A DNA stretch of 64,000 nt from Neoconidiobolus thromboides FSU 785 (Eukaryota > Fungi > Entomophthoromycota): assembly GCA_025603075.1 (NCBI GenBank), contig MU626351.1, positions 18,034-82,033 of the forward strand, read 5' to 3'. Of the stretch, positions 12,132-26,031 are shown in pieces. The number at the start of each line of letters is the position of its first letter. The first letter of the stretch is position 1. Position numbers and translations under genes: made by a program. The notes beneath the pieces were generated by a model. It searched no databases, was not told the origin of the DNA, and was given only the letters and a program-made list of their open reading frames with translations.

Positions 12132-12742
12132 TATATTTATAAAATAAAAAGTAGTTAAAGAAATCATTTAAAACTGTTAAAAGTTTAAAATAACTTTAAA
12201 ACTTCTTTGTTTAAGCTAATAAGACTATTATTTCAAAAATTAACATTAGAAAAATTTGAAATTTTAACATATAAAATGTCTTTAAAAGTTATTTTAAAAA
12301 TTGAAGTACTTTAGACAGCTGTTTTTAATAACTAGGAATTGAAAAGTGTTTATTTTTAAGGCAATTTTTAACACTGTATACCCTTCCTATATATTTTTAA
12401 CTTTGTATTAAATAACTTGATTTTAAATTAGAAACAATAAAAAGTATCTAGTTACAAACTGCTCTATCATGTAATATTATCATGTTAAAAGTTATTTTAC
12501 ATTATCAGTCCTAAAAATATAAACTAAAATAAATTAAATTTGTTATCAAAGAAATGCTTTTAGGCCATTTTATGCACTCTGTGTTGAATTTTGTGGTTGT
12601 TGATCTTTTTTTATTTGGGTTAACGGCTAGGTGTGAAGAAAATATTAAAGTTTCAATTGAAGTTGCACATCGCTTCTATTTATTTATCTATTTAAAAGAT
12701 TTCTCTTCATTTAAAAATGTGGAGTCCATGCTTTTAAAAATA

Positions 12743-12840
12743 GGGAGTGCTTTTTTTGGTTTCATCACTTTTTCCATCTTTTAAGCGCTATTCAAATGGA
12801 AAAATTGTTAATAAAACCCTTGAACAAAAAATACATTCCC
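12743..12840 (-). mobile_element. MITE copy
   Basis: GGGAGTGCTTTTTTTGG...AAAAAATACATTCCC, reverse orientation. Confidence 0.85.
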
Positions 12841-13299
12841 ATACAATAAATTCAGTGAGATCAGTGGTAGTTAAGTTTGGATTTGTTCAGTTTTATTATA
12901 TTTTGGAGCTATTTATATTTTTGTATTTTAGAGATATTCATATTTTTGTATTAGAGATATTTATGTTCTTGTTGATTATTGAAAGACTAGCTTATTGTCT
13001 ATTTTGTCTGCTTTATTTTAAATTGATCTCATATTGAAAATCAATTATTTCCGAGCAAGGGATTTGGAATAACAGCAGATTTAATAAACTCCCACATTCA
13101 AGCATAAAGTCGAAAAAGAATAAAATAAAAATAATAGTGTATTTTTATTCTTTTGTTATAAATTGCTATATTTGTAATTAAAATGTTTGGAACAAAGTTG
13201 TTTTGAAACCTCTCTCAATCTTAAAGTCTATAAAAAATTAATAAAAAATTCAAAAAATTCATTCCCAAAAATAACTCTATTAATAATTTAAACTAAACA

Positions 13300-14200
13300 G
13301 TAGACATAGGACACATAGAACAACGCAATCATAAATTATATTAAAACAAGGCTTATATAAAATTTCCCGAGACTTTATTGACATTAAAAGTATCAGTAAT
13401 ATCTTCAAAACACTAATACAATATAAACAATAAACTGAAAAAAATCTAGCCTAATTTTAATTAAACCGAATAAATGTTGGCAACTATCTAGATTTTTAAG
13501 CCCAAACTTTAATTTCCAGATTGCAATTGAAAAAAATATAAGGTCATAGCTAGGCTAGTATAACTTATTTATAACGACTATTGCCTAAAAAATGAATATA
13601 CTATCTTAAAGAACTACAGTAATTTATTACTCAAACGAAGAGGTAAAGAAGGAATATTTCAGAGTTACCAAGGAATGTATTAATAGATTTTGGTTTAATA
13701 AAAAACTATTGAATAAATCTAATTATAGCTTACAATTTTCACTTAACTACATTTATTGAAAAAACTGTGCATTTCTGGCTTGGCGAGGGATGGGTAAAAT
13801 TTGCTTAAGATGAAATCAAACAACTTTAGGCAGTCTAAAACCTGGTTAATACAATATTATGGTAGGCTCAATGGCCAGATCCATTCTTGACTAGACCTTT
13901 AATTAAAAACGAATTATTATAATTTTGCTAATATTTGAAATTAGATCACCGTATTAAAATAAATATTACAATTTTCATTTTTAATACCAGGTTCTTAGTC
14001 AAGCCAAATTAGATCATATTTAAACTTTTTTATTATATAAAGGAACTATCATTTGTCTTTTCTTGAGATCATAAGTAAGGATTACGTCAATTCTAAATGT
14101 TGAATAACTATTTTAATTATTTATCCGTAGATAGGTTACAGGTTACTACAATATAATAATTTATAAACTAGATTTAAAAGTGTGACTACTTTTAATTGGG
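13300..14200 (+). mobile_element. Heavily decayed LTR-retrotransposon (Ty3/gypsy-like) integrase relic; boundaries approximate
   Basis: Broken frames give IGH (HHCC-like) at ~13307, KPNKCWQL-x-D at ~13463-13493, LPRNVLIDFG at 13665-13693 and GLA(E) at ~13777-13787. Spacing is close to D,D(35)E. Many stops and frameshifts. Confidence 0.45.
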
Positions 14201-14709
14201 CTGTAACTCCCTTCTTATTCTAAGGTATAGCAAGATGATAATAATTATTTATATACATTATAATAGCGATTATATCATTTCATATGAAAAAAATATATAG
14301 GACAATTAATAATTATATTAATAAATCTTAATAATCTTAAACAGAGTTTCATCTATCATGGTTATGTATAAAACATAATACGATAATTTCGTTTTTTCAA
14401 GTGATTGTTATGACAAATATCTTTGATCTTGATAATTATTCTATTAAAAATCAATTCTATTTAAAAAATTAAACAGTTCAATCAATTTTAACGCACCAAA
14501 ATAAGTGTAAACTAGCGATTGAGAGCACCACTAAGAGAAGTTTTAATCTTAACCCACACTCAAAGTTTTGTTTGTTTGAACAAGGAAAGGGTAGTAAAAC
14601 CTAAATCTTGTATGCTAAATAAAAGCAGTTTTTACCTAACTTAAAAAAGCTAATCCAAAAATTAATAGTATTCACTTCGAGAAAAGCGTGATCTAAAAAT
14701 ATGTCAATA

Positions 14710-14945
14710 AGAGTCCAATCAATAAATTAATTTAATAGATTGAATCATAATCATTGGTCCAGTTTTAATCCTAAAACCTAACCAATGTTTTCACCCTTCC
14801 AATTTGGATGCTTATGATTGGTGGAAATTATATATTGCCTTAATTAGGTAGGAGCTTCTTTTTACCCCTTACTAATTAGTCATGCTACCTCCTAAACCTA
14901 ACTTAACATTAAACTTATAAAAAAATTGAATAGCCAATTAAAAAA
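14710..14945. promoter_or_regulatory. Cluster of CCAAT boxes upstream of the RhoGAP gene
   Basis: About five CCAAT/ATTGG words within ~230 bp just before the ATG at 15043. Function inferred only. Confidence 0.25.
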
Positions 14946-15042
14946 AGAAAGTAATTTCAAAAGAAAAGTATAAATTAAGTGGGGAAAGACACTTTTTTAA
15001 TTTTCCTATCCTTTCATTTATTCTATATTTTACTAATCCATT

Positions 15043-16005
15043 ATGAACATTAACGCTAATAAACCATCCACAAACACTTCCCAATCTTTCAAAAGATTTT
15101 TAAAAACTTTAAAAAAGTTTGATTTTAACCGAAACAAGAAAACCGTATTCAATACCTCCTTAAAAGAGTCGGTTAAAGTAAGCAGCCATCAAATTAGCTT
15201 GAAGGCTTTCCCAAGCTATAGTGTGAGAATACCTACCATTATTTATGTCTGTACCGAATATCTAAGAGCTCATGGGACAGAATCAAAGGGTGTATTCCGC
15301 GTATCTGGCTCCCTCAAAAGAATGCAAAACTTACAATTGTTATTTGAAGATACTCCAAAGTATGGATCCAACCTTGACCTCAAAGCCTTAGGATTTACAC
15401 CTTTCGATGTCGCTAATACATTAACTAGATATTTAACATCACTTGTTGAGCCAGTGATCCCAAATGAATTATTTCACTCCTTTAGAAGTGTGTTGGAGCA
15501 AGAAAGTGTAGATACTTATAAAGTAGAAGAATACAAAAAATTATTACAATCATTAGAACCGGACAACTTGAATTTATTATTATACCTCTTAGATTTTTTT
15601 ATGGAATTTAATCAGTATGCAGATGCTACTTTAATGCCTTACTCAAACTTGGCTTCCATCTTCCAACCCTCTATCTTATGCTTGCCAGAGCATGTACATT
15701 TGCCTGAAGAATATAAGAAATCCCAAAAAGTAGTCGAATTTTTATGCTGGAATTATTGTTTAGTAGCAAAGAATCAAGTGTTAATCATTCCAACCTCAAC
15801 TGAGAGAGTTGAGTTAAAAAGATCATTGACTAACCTCTCAAACAAATCCAAGTTTTTAATAAGGAACAGTTCCGTATTATCGGATTCCTCTGATGTATCG
15901 ACAGATGTATTGGAAGAAAAAAAGGAAGATGTTTTTAATCAAGCTACTGTACGTAGATCGAATACCTTCCAAGTTAAATCAAGACGCAGATTTACTTTTT
16001 TTTAA
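15043..16005 (+). CDS. Rho GTPase-activating protein (RhoGAP domain), intronless
   Basis: IPTIIYVCTEYL...GVFRVSGS (arginine finger)...DVANTLTRYLTSLVEPVIP...LLYLLDFF...MPYSNLASIFQPSIL. Confidence 0.88.
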   Translation: MNINANKPSTNTSQSFKRFLKTLKKFDFNRNKKTVFNTSLKESVKVSSHQISLKAFPSYSVRIPTIIYVCTEYLRAHGTESKGVFRVSGSLKRMQNLQLLFEDTPKYGSNLDLKALGFTPFDVANTLTRYLTSLVEPVIPNELFHSFRSVLEQESVDTYKVEEYKKLLQSLEPDNLNLLLYLLDFFMEFNQYADATLMPYSNLASIFQPSILCLPEHVHLPEEYKKSQKVVEFLCWNYCLVAKNQVLIIPTSTERVELKRSLTNLSNKSKFLIRNSSVLSDSSDVSTDVLEEKKEDVFNQATVRRSNTFQVKSRRRFTFF

Positions 16006-17371
16006 TCTCTTTATCTTAGTGCATTATTATCATTAATCTATCTTTGCTTTGTAAATAAAATATTTTTAATTAGTTAATTATCTTTTTTACACCTATTTTT
16101 TAATATTATTATTATTATTTGATTAAAATTAGGGATTTTAATTTATTACGGTCTTAATGATTTTTCAATTGTACACAACCTAATTTTTATCCTTAAATGA
16201 ATGATATAAATTAAAAAAGGGGAGAATTCATTGTAAAAATTTGGTTTTATAACGAAATGTTTCAGGTGCGAAAAAATAAAGTTAAGCTTTATTGACTTTG
16301 TTTTAATATTTAAATAGTGAGTGTCTAATGGATATTGATAAGAGTATACTATTTTTTTAAAACGAAAAGCCTAGCCAAACTATAAATAACTATCTTGCTT
16401 AATTTCAATGAATTGAATGTGAAATTAAATTCAATCACTTGAGCTTTGAATCGTTTCATGTGGTCTGTTATATATTAAAAATTAGTGGAATTAAATAGCG
16501 TATCATTTATACAATGAAAACCCGATATTGATGATTATTCATGACCTTATCTCCATATTAAATTTAATAAAATAGTATTTATTGACCTTTTACTATTAAC
16601 AATATATTTTATATTGTCAATGGAAATGGGAATGTAAATAGAAATATGAAAATAAATTTTGCTCTAGAAATCAATTTAACAAAAGTATTAGATTTACCTT
16701 TTTGGCTCACTTTTAATTTAAAACCCGCAACCTCACTTTTTTTAAGGTTGATGCTTATTAAGTAAGTTTAACTTTGATTATTATATTAGCTTTTGAAATA
16801 GAACAATTGAAAATATTTATTCATTAAAAATATAATCGAAAATATTGCAGAATAAAAAGAAAAAACATAGATAAGGGAGCAGCATTAAGAAAAGACTTTT
16901 ATTTTTAGAATAAACCACCTTGCTATACTCTTTTATTTAAAAATACTTTGCTTAATAAAAAAATATAACCAGGATCATTGTTTACAAAATAAAGTTTTCC
17001 TGTTAAAGTTACCAACAAGTCTAACTCCTGATCTAAGAATTAAAAGAATTTAGCTACTTAAGTACTTTCACACTTATAGAATAAATAATAATGTTAGAGA
17101 AAATTTTATTTCCATACTGTAAGTTCACTCTTGTGTTTCGCTTTTTGAAATCAATAAGCGTTTTTATTCTTTCTAGTAGGAATTAATAGCTATTTCATTT
17201 AAAAATTAATTTAAATGTTTGATTATTTTATATAATATCAATTAATTTAATTTAATGGTATAGGGGAATAAAATACTGATTAAATATCAATTAGAAAGTT
17301 AATTGTTTATTTGTAACAATTGTTATCCCATTTTAATTTTACCAAAAACAAATGACAAAAAAATTTTCTAT

Positions 17372-17464
17372 GTGAGGGTTTTTTTGGCTTCATCACTTTT
17401 CCATTTTTTAAGCTCTATTTAAGTGGAAAAATTGCTATAAAATTCTTAAACAAAACATATCTCC
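17372..17464 (-). mobile_element. MITE copy
   Basis: Reverse consensus; flanks CTAT/ATAT. Confidence 0.8.
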
Positions 17465-18135
17465 ATATAGTTTTCAAAATGCCAAAGCTATCATTACTAT
17501 CATATATTGTTGAACAAAATAAGAACGAGTAATGTCTAGTTAAATATATCTATAGCAATACTAATATTCTATAGTTGTATCGCCATAAATGCAAAGATAT
17601 AGTTATGCTATAGAGTGCATTCAAAAATTATTCAAAAGCTACTAGCGATTACTTTAAGTATTGATTTCTCGATTAACAACTAAAAGACAATGGCTTTTTA
17701 TATACATACTCGATCTAGATATAATAATATAGCATAAATCATTGCTTTTAAGATTTTATATTAAGTAAGGTGTTTTGGTTTATTTGAATATCAGGAAATG
17801 TGATAATTATTGAATTATTTCAAAAAAATTACTTTGTTATTTGTAATAACTTTAATAAGTTCAAATATACTACTTAAAATAAAGTCTAAAAGTAGTATTA
17901 TATACACCAATGTATACATCAATCAAAAAGATTCAATTTTTAATTACAGACGACTAAGGAACTAACATTTGAAGTGGGATACTTGTGATTTTGGGACAGT
18001 TTTAAATAATTGATATGAATACAAATAGCGCTTATTATTTTATAGTTACACTGGCAGAGCTATATTATATAAACAATGGCTATAAAGTTTTCTTATACAC
18101 GTATCAACATTGACACATGTTACAAAATAATATTA

Positions 18136-18234
18136 GGGGATATATTTTTTTGTTTGAGAATTTTACTAACAAGTTTTCCACTCGAATAGCGCTTAAAAGA
18201 TGGAAAGAATAATGAAGCCGAAAAAAACACTCCC
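18136..18234 (+). mobile_element. MITE copy
   Basis: GGGGATAT...AAAAAAACACTCCC; ATTA duplicated. Confidence 0.9.
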
Positions 18235-18431
18235 ATTATATAATTAGTTTTTATGTATGCAAGCATTACTACACAATATGAATAATAAGTATATTTAATC
18301 TAAACACGTTTCGTAAATACTCATTTAATGATGTCTTTTGAGAAATAGCTTAACAAAATTAGTATATTTATGGCTACTCATTAATATCATAATATTTATA
18401 GCTGTCTGATAAAATATCACATTATAAATAC

Positions 18432-18539
18432 GTGGATTTTTTTTGATTTCATTACTTTTTCCATTTTTTAAGCGCTATTTAACCGCTATTTAAGCGGAAA
18501 AGTTGTTAGTAAAATTCTTAAACACAAAAATACATCCCC
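18432..18539 (-). mobile_element. MITE copy with ~10-bp internal duplication
   Basis: Reverse consensus ending TACATCCCC; gctatttaa repeated internally. Confidence 0.85.
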
Positions 18540-18774
18540 ATATATTAAAAGTAATTTGACATAAAAGTAAGTTGTTTTCAATAAAAAAGATAATATTATA
18601 ATTGCAAAAAGGATAGTATATTAAAAAGTAACGATGTATCAAAAAATAATATTAATGTTTGAGAATCACTTTTATTTTAGATCAAAAACCCTTTACAGCT
18701 AGACAAACAATAAATTTACAATAGTACAATCACAATATGACTATTTTTAATAACTTTTATTATTAACATATTCA

Positions 18775-19876
18775 TCAGTTAGTAAATTTAGGATAACCGC
18801 TATACCCAACATGACGATCTTCGCCTCTGTATAAGTAAAAAGTAGAAAAATCAGTGATTTCGGATAATTCGTTGTTGTTAAAGAAGCGTTCAGAAAGGTC
18901 TGGATTAGAGATGAATGGACGACCATGTACTATTACATCAGCTTTTCCATCTGCAATATATTTATCTCCTTCTTCGGCAGTAAAAGCACCATTAACAAAA
19001 ATCTTAACATTCTTAATTAATGGAAGAATTTTTCAATATCAAGTTTATGGCCTCGATTAGTTGGATCAAAATCAGGAAGATGACGCACAAGTTGTATATA
19101 GGCAATATTACGTTTATCAAGTTCAGAAATTAAATAGCTAAATAATTCATAGGCTTCTTCTTCACTTTTTTCACCCATATCATTGTAGCCGCCACAGTGA
19201 GATAATTTAATACCAACTCTATCAGCTGAAAATACTTCATTAAAGGCATCAATAATCTCAAGGATAAATCGAGAACGATTTTCGATACTACCACCATATT
19301 GATCAGTACGTTGGCTTGAGTGAGATTTGAGGAATTGGTGTGGTAAATAGCCATTAGCACCATGTAATTCTATACCGTCAAATCCAACCTCTTTAGCATT
19401 AATAGCAACCTGTTTATATTTTTGTACGTATTCTTTAGGATCTTCAATTGCTCTTGGAACAGAATAACCAGAGCTCCCCTCAAGTAAACGAAACCTCCTA
19501 CCGTTAGCCTTAATAGCAGAAGGGGCTGGTGGGGCTATACCGGCATTACGTAAGGTGTTAGCAGCTCTTCATGGATGCCATATTTGTCCAAAGATGTGGC
19601 CATCATTTTCATGTACTGTATCGATTAATTTCCTCCACGCTAAAGTTTGTTCCTTGTTCCAAACTCCTGGTGCTTCAAGCCATTCGATACCTTGTGGCTC
19701 AATAAGTATAGCCTCAGTTAATAATAAACCTGGTGATACTCTTTGACGATAAAAATCGATATTTACATTGTTTGGGACAATCCCACGATTACGAGTTAAT
19801 GAACCAAGGGCTACTCGATTTTTGAGTTTTAATCCTTTGAGATCAATGATTGTTTCAAGTTTTTATTATATGACAT
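18775..19876 (-). pseudogene. Old Yellow Enzyme / NADH:flavin oxidoreductase pseudogene (intronless)
   Basis: LKNRVALGSLTRNR, QGIEWLEAPGVW, GFDGIELHGANGYLPHQFL, RTDQYGGSIENRSRF, GRPFISNPDL. In-frame TGA at 19569-19571 (WHP*R where Gly is expected) plus frameshifts near the start, at ~19030 and near the end. Confidence 0.9.
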
Positions 19877-20677
19877 AGCTCTAGTTGTTTAATTCAATAT
19901 AAATTAATTTTTTATTTATTTTGATAAACAATGTCACTTAATTGATTTATATATAGTAATCGGCCTAAATTAATTACTAATTAAATCTATCAATTGGTCT
20001 AAATTAAAAATTAATTTGAGTGATGGTTTGAATAAAGCTGTTAGAATTCAAACATGTATTTTTTTTCAAAATTTCTTCGGGTGCTATTTGTTTTTTTACT
20101 CTTTTTAAAGTCCTGTTCTTAAGCTTTGCCAGAATTTGTAGTTAAAATTTTATATCAAATGAATAGTTAGCCACTGAACAATTAAAGTTTAATAACTGTA
20201 ATTAACTTTATTCAACTTTTATACTAAAAATTAAGATTTAAAACCTCTATTACTAAAGATCAACAATATAGTAAAATTGTAATTTAAACCTTAATATGAT
20301 ATCACTCCTTTTATTTTTTTGTTAATTTGAGCGGAAAGCTTTTAATAATTTTTTATGTATATCTTGAATATATGCAAACTAAAGAGGCAGATTGTCGAAA
20401 AAAGTTAGTTTAACCCATCAACTTCGATTTCTATTAAAATTCTTTTGATTATACAATTTTCTTTACTCTTAATTTTAGAATAATGAGGTAAATTATTAAA
20501 ATCATTTATTCATAATTCCTAACGTATTGTAAATAATATCAAAATGCTAAAATTACTGTAATATAAATTAGTAATAAATAATAGTTTTTAGAAATCTTAA
20601 ATTAATGCTTATTAATAAAATCTAAATTTTAAAGTAAAAGGATATCTCATCATTTTGGTTATTTGCTAAATCTATAT

Positions 20678-20773
20678 GGGGATGTATTTTTATGTTTAAG
20701 AATTTTACTAACAATCTTTCCACTCAAATAGTGCTTAAAAATATAAAAAGTGATGAAACCAAAAAATATCTCC
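20678..20773 (+). mobile_element. MITE copy
   Basis: ATAT|GGGGATGT...TATCTCC|ATAT. Confidence 0.9.
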
Positions 20774-21867
20774 ATATAGCATTAAAAATTGTTTTTTAAA
20801 TTAAAATTTTCATACTAAACTCATTAACAAACATAGCTCTCGATTTAAAAACTGTAAGACTTTAACCAGTTAAATATCTTTTGATATATAAAACATCAAT
20901 AATATCAGGTAGATTTTACTCTCCAATACAAGAAATTCTGCTATATTGAATTTTTATATCTGTCTCCATTTTTGTACAAAGACACTTCTTCAAACCATTT
21001 ACTCTTCCTTAACGATATCCTGGTCTCTTTACTATATTAAATAAATAAAAGCTTGCCTTGAAATTAAAGTAAGTTAACTGATAGGGGGGTCCTTATTGAT
21101 TAATTTCTTTTAAATCAATTTTTTGATAAAAAGAATGATATTGTTAAGATATTCAATTGCTTGACAATATAAAACAAATTCATTTGAATATATATGAGCT
21201 AGTTTTGTCCCTAGCGTTTTGCTAGAATGTCTTTGATACCCGGAAAGAGATGTACAACTTTATATAGATTCTTTGACTATTCTTGTACCTAGAGTCTAGA
21301 ATCTAAAGCCATTTTGACATTTTAGATTGTGAGATTGATACTTCTTAGTTTCTTCGAATTGCTTTAATACATTTCTTTTTGATTTTAATGTAATTTTTTC
21401 TACTTGTTTTAATGAATCAGCTCTTTGGACTGTACACCAAGCTTATTGTAAATATTCAGCAAAAATATTTAATGGCCCAGTAGATATTATTGATTCGCGC
21501 TATTCGCCCTTTAAAGTAAAGATGAAGGGATGAAAAGCTAGCTACTTAGTTAGAACTAAGAATGCTTACAGAATTGATACCTTTTTGGGTTTAAGGTTCA
21601 AAAAAACATCATTAGATGATGTCTTCATTTTATTTTGACTTTTATCGGATAGTATTTGTTTTCATAACTATATTAAAATAAGTACAACATCGCAATTACA
21701 TTACGTAAGATTTAATTAATATCCTTTTTATGTATGAAATCATATAGCTTTGTTATTTAAACTATTATATTATCTTTTTTATTCATAATAGTATAGCCCT
21801 ATTATAAATGTAATAGCTTACAATTAGTCTACTTGAATTATAATATATTTTAAAGGATTCAATAAAT

Positions 21868-21966
21868 GGGGATGTATTTTCGTGTCTAAGAATTTTATTA
21901 ACAATTTTTCCACTTAAATAGCGCTTGAAAAATGGAAAAAATAATGAAGTTAAAAAAAACACTCCC
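21868..21966 (+). mobile_element. MITE copy
   Basis: AAAT|GGGGATGT...ACACTCCC|AAAT. Confidence 0.9.
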
Positions 21967-23383
21967 AAATGATGGTTCTAATTTAATACTATAAAAATAC
22001 TTTCGTAATATCAAAACCTGCTTATTTACAACTCACTCTAATTTTCTGGACTTTTTTGTCATATCCAGGCTTTATTATAATCATTGCATTATTATTTATT
22101 GATGCCCAAAATATCAAATTATCCTTTAAACATCTATCTCCGCCTCCATCCCCCATTATCACTGTCACCTACTCCCATTGTTAGATGAAGCTTTGTGTAT
22201 CTAAATTTGAATGAGTAATCTAAATATATTCAGATTGCAATAAAAGTTCTTTTTACCTAAAATAGTTTTAAAATTTTCAAAGCTTTTAAAAAGTGTGTTT
22301 ATCTACTAGATGCTAATTTCAGGTTATATATGACTTGGCATCAATTAATACATCAAGTATGTATTGCTAAGATATAGAGAGGATTTGGCTTAACTTAATT
22401 AGTGATAAGAATCTGTTTATATCATTATAAATTGTAAACCTCAGTGATGGTTGGTAAAGTAATTAGTGAATTATGACTTAAAGATATACCTTACCTATAT
22501 TGATTAAATTGCATAGATACTAAATATAGTTGTTTTTATAGTCTTTTTTAATAGGTTTAAAACATATGTAAAGTAAATTTAGGTGAGAATTTAAAAAAAC
22601 ATAATAATCGATAATGTATCACAGAAATTAAAATAGTTTAAAGAAACAAAGAATTGATATTGAAATCAGTTTTTATCATTAGTTTTATTTTTATAATATC
22701 TTATTAATTTTCAACCTTTATAATAATTTTTCTAAGTTTGAATCAAAGATGTAATCTTTTTATTAAACTTTTAGTTAAACATTGAATTTTAAAATAAAGA
22801 CAATAAATAAGTTTACCCTGAATTCTCATACTTTAGATCTAATTGTCACAAACATGTCACGTCATGTTACTTCATGTTTAGATTAAGTTGTAAAGACTGA
22901 AAGTTAAAGTCATGATATTTAGCTTACAATGATTGGATGCAAACAAAATTAATTTCAATACTTTTTGTTATTTTCACAAGTTTAGTATTGTTCCCTTTGA
23001 ATCTTCTTGGGTCATTTCGTTTTTTTTTGAGACTTTTATTAAAATTCTTTTACTCTCAATAAAACACTTAGAAGCTTCAATTCCAAATCCTCAAAAATAA
23101 ATCAATAAAGCGTTTTCACATTTGAATTTTACAACTAATAATAAAATGAACAAAATAACTCTAGATCTTGAAGACTCAACATTAAACTAGAAATCTTTTT
23201 CAACAAAACATCACTTTTAATGGTTGACTAAAAGCTTACTAATTCTATAAACCAATGAATTTCTACCTTGTGAGGTTTTAAAACTGGGCCAATAGAATAA
23301 ATGCTAGAAAATAAACTGTCAAATTTCGATTATTTTCAAAAATAAAATAAAATTGATATTTCATCTTTTATAATAATAAAACA

Positions 23384-25218
23384 ATGCTTCGATTCAACTG
23401 TTTAACTAGAAATAAAGTAAAAATAACATTTAAATCAACATTATTTAATTTTAATAAAATGTAATGGTTTATTAGAACGCATTAAAGCTTACTGTCAATT
23501 CAGTACGTAACATTGTTACTGATGGTGGTTATAACCCACATGTTGCTGGTCTAAGTTATGAACAATCACAAGTAAAAGATATTCTAAACTAAGAAAACAT
23601 GCATATTAATGATATTATGTTAAAATTAACTAGTTTCGTGAAACTATTCATGATTTTGTACAGAAAGAGATTGCTCCATTAGCTCAAGAAATTGATCAAA
23701 AAAATGAGTTTCCAATGGTAAATTATTTAATATCAATAATAATTAAAAATAATAACTAAAATTTATTATAGCATTTATGGAAACGTTTAGGAGATATGGG
23801 ATTACTTGGTATTACTGCACCAGGTAATTGAAAATCATTATCAAAAAAAAGGATATTGGCTTAGATATTTGCATTTTTAGAAAAATATGGTGGATTAGGT
23901 TTTGGCTATTTAGATCATTGTATAGCCATGGAAGAAATTTCTAGAGCTTCAGGTTCTGTTGCTTTAAGTTATGGTGCTCATTCTAACTTATGTGTCAATC
24001 AAATTGTACGTAATGGTAATCAACAACAAAAAGAAAAATATTTACCAAAGGTAATAAAAAAATAAATATATAATCTACAATTTAAACAGTTATATTAGTT
24101 AATCTCTGGTGAACATGTTGGTGCATTAGCTATGTCAGAACCTGGTTCCGGTTCCGATGTAGTATCTATGAGTTTAAAAGCAGAAAAGAAAGGAGATAAA
24201 TATGTTTTAAATGGAAATAAATTTTGGATCACTAATGGTCCTGATGCAAATACTTTAGTTGTTTATGCTAAAACTAAACCAGAAGCTGGACCTAAGGGGA
24301 TTACTGCTTTTATTGTTGAAAAGGTAAGTAAAAGTAACAGTAAAAGAGGATATAAGTGAGGACACTAATGAAGTTTGTTTTTAGGGATTTAAGGGCTTTT
24401 CTACTCATCAAAAATTAGATAAATTAGGAATGCGTGGTTCGAATACTTGTGAATTGGTATTTGAAGATTGTGAAGTACCAGGTACATTTTATTTTATTAA
24501 AATTAATATTGCATTATTAATTAGTTATATTTTAATTTTGATTTTAATTAGCTGAAAACATCCTTGGTAAAGAAAATGAAGGTGTTTATGTATTAATGAG
24601 TGGATTAGATTATGAGCGTTTAGTTTTAGCTTCTGGTCCTGTCGGGTAAGTCAAAGAAATTATTAACTATTATTATTTTAAATTCTATTTAATTATATTT
24701 AGTCTTATGCAAAATGCTATGGATGTTACTTTACCATATGTACATACTCGTAAACAATTCGGTAAAGCCATTGGTGAATTTCAGGTAAGTATTAACAATC
24801 CCATTAATTTTAAAGTTTTTTATTTTTTATCTTTTATTAGCTAGTTCAAGGTAAATTAGCAGATATGTATACCAAAGTATCCTCTACCAGATCCTATCTT
24901 TACGCAGTAGCTCGTGCTGCTGATGCAGGCAAAAGTTCAAATAAGGTAAACTTCTTTTTATTAAACTTAAATAGTAATATATATTGATCAATCTATACTT
25001 TTAATTAGGATTGTGCTGGTATTATATTATATGCAGCAGAAAGAGCTACAGAAGTAGCCTTAGATGCTATTCAGTTATTAGGTGGTAATGGATATATTAA
25101 TGAATATCCAACTGGACGTATATTAAGAGATGCTAAATTATATGAAATCGGAGCAGGTACTAGTGAAATTCGTCGTATGTTAATTGGACGAGAATTTAAT
25201 AAAGAATTTAAAAATTAA
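23384..25218 (+). CDS. IVD: Isovaleryl-CoA dehydrogenase, mitochondrial (many short introns)
   Basis: Spliced exons: [147 protein letters not shown]. Confidence 0.93.
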
Positions 25219-25280
25219 ATTGAAATAAAATTAAATTGAGTTAGATGGAGTTGTTTTTATTTTTTTTTATAACTATATTC

Positions 25281-25855
25281 TCATTGTTTTTCCCATGGTT
25301 TTAATCGTGGTTTTAATTGCGGGTCACTTGGTTTTCCTTCATTAATTTTATTGGGAATCGATTTTATACCTTTTGAATAAGATACTTAATCTATTTATTA
25401 AGTTATTAATATTTCTTGATTACCTGGTACTGGCTTGCCCTCTTCAATTAATTTAACAATTTGTTGAAATGTCAATTTTTCAGTTTCTAAACATTAAATA
25501 TCATTCCATTAGTTTTAATAATTCACCTGGTTATTAAAGATCACCTTCTTTTATTTCTCTTTTTATTTCTCCTTTTATTTCTCCTTTTATTTCTTCATTA
25601 TTGTTGTTTTGAAGGATACTAAACATTGTTAATTTGTATAAAATAATACATAAAAGAGTGTAAATTTACTTTAAAAAATAAAATTCTTTAATCTCTTCTT
25701 CTATATCTTCTTTTGCTTCCCCAGTTTTACTCAATTTGGCTATCAATTGTTCTCTTCCTTTCTGTGTTACTGTTATTATTATTATTATTATTATTACATT
25801 ATTAGCTTACTTGAAACACTAAATCATTATCAAAATCATAATCTTTATAGCTCAT
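25281..25855 (-). CDS. PEX39-like (C6orf226/DUF5572-type) small protein, 5 exons; missed by ORF track
   Basis: Spliced: MSYKDYDFDNDLVFQ-KGREQLI...EIKEFYFL...EKLTFQQIVKLIEEGKPVPGIKSIPNKINEGKPSDPQLKPRLKPWEKQ-stop. YDFD..D..FQ, G+P+PGIK.IP and the terminal KPWE motif are characteristic. All introns GT-AG and frame-consistent. Confidence 0.75.
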
Positions 25856-26031
25856 TATTAAAAAAAATGCAAGTAAAAAATAAACAAAAAGTAATCAATT
25901 TACAAAACCTAACCAATATTTTACCAAGCTTAAAACTCATGGATGACGCAGTTAAATAAAATTTAAATTCAAGATTCGAAATTCAAATTAACTATTTTTT
26001 CAAAAATTCTTTCAAAAGAAATTCGTACAAA

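Noticed and set aside
19569-19571. In-frame TGA in the OYE gene as selenocysteine or stop-codon reassignment
   Set aside because: It aligns to a conserved Gly, the gene also has frameshifts, and other genes here use TGA as a normal stop.
20900-21700. Slightly GC-richer stretch suggesting a TE remnant
   Set aside because: No frame gives a recognisable domain.
1964-25218. ILV3 and IVD as a branched-chain amino-acid gene cluster
   Set aside because: 19 kb apart with unrelated genes between them, and in opposite (synthesis vs catabolism) pathways.
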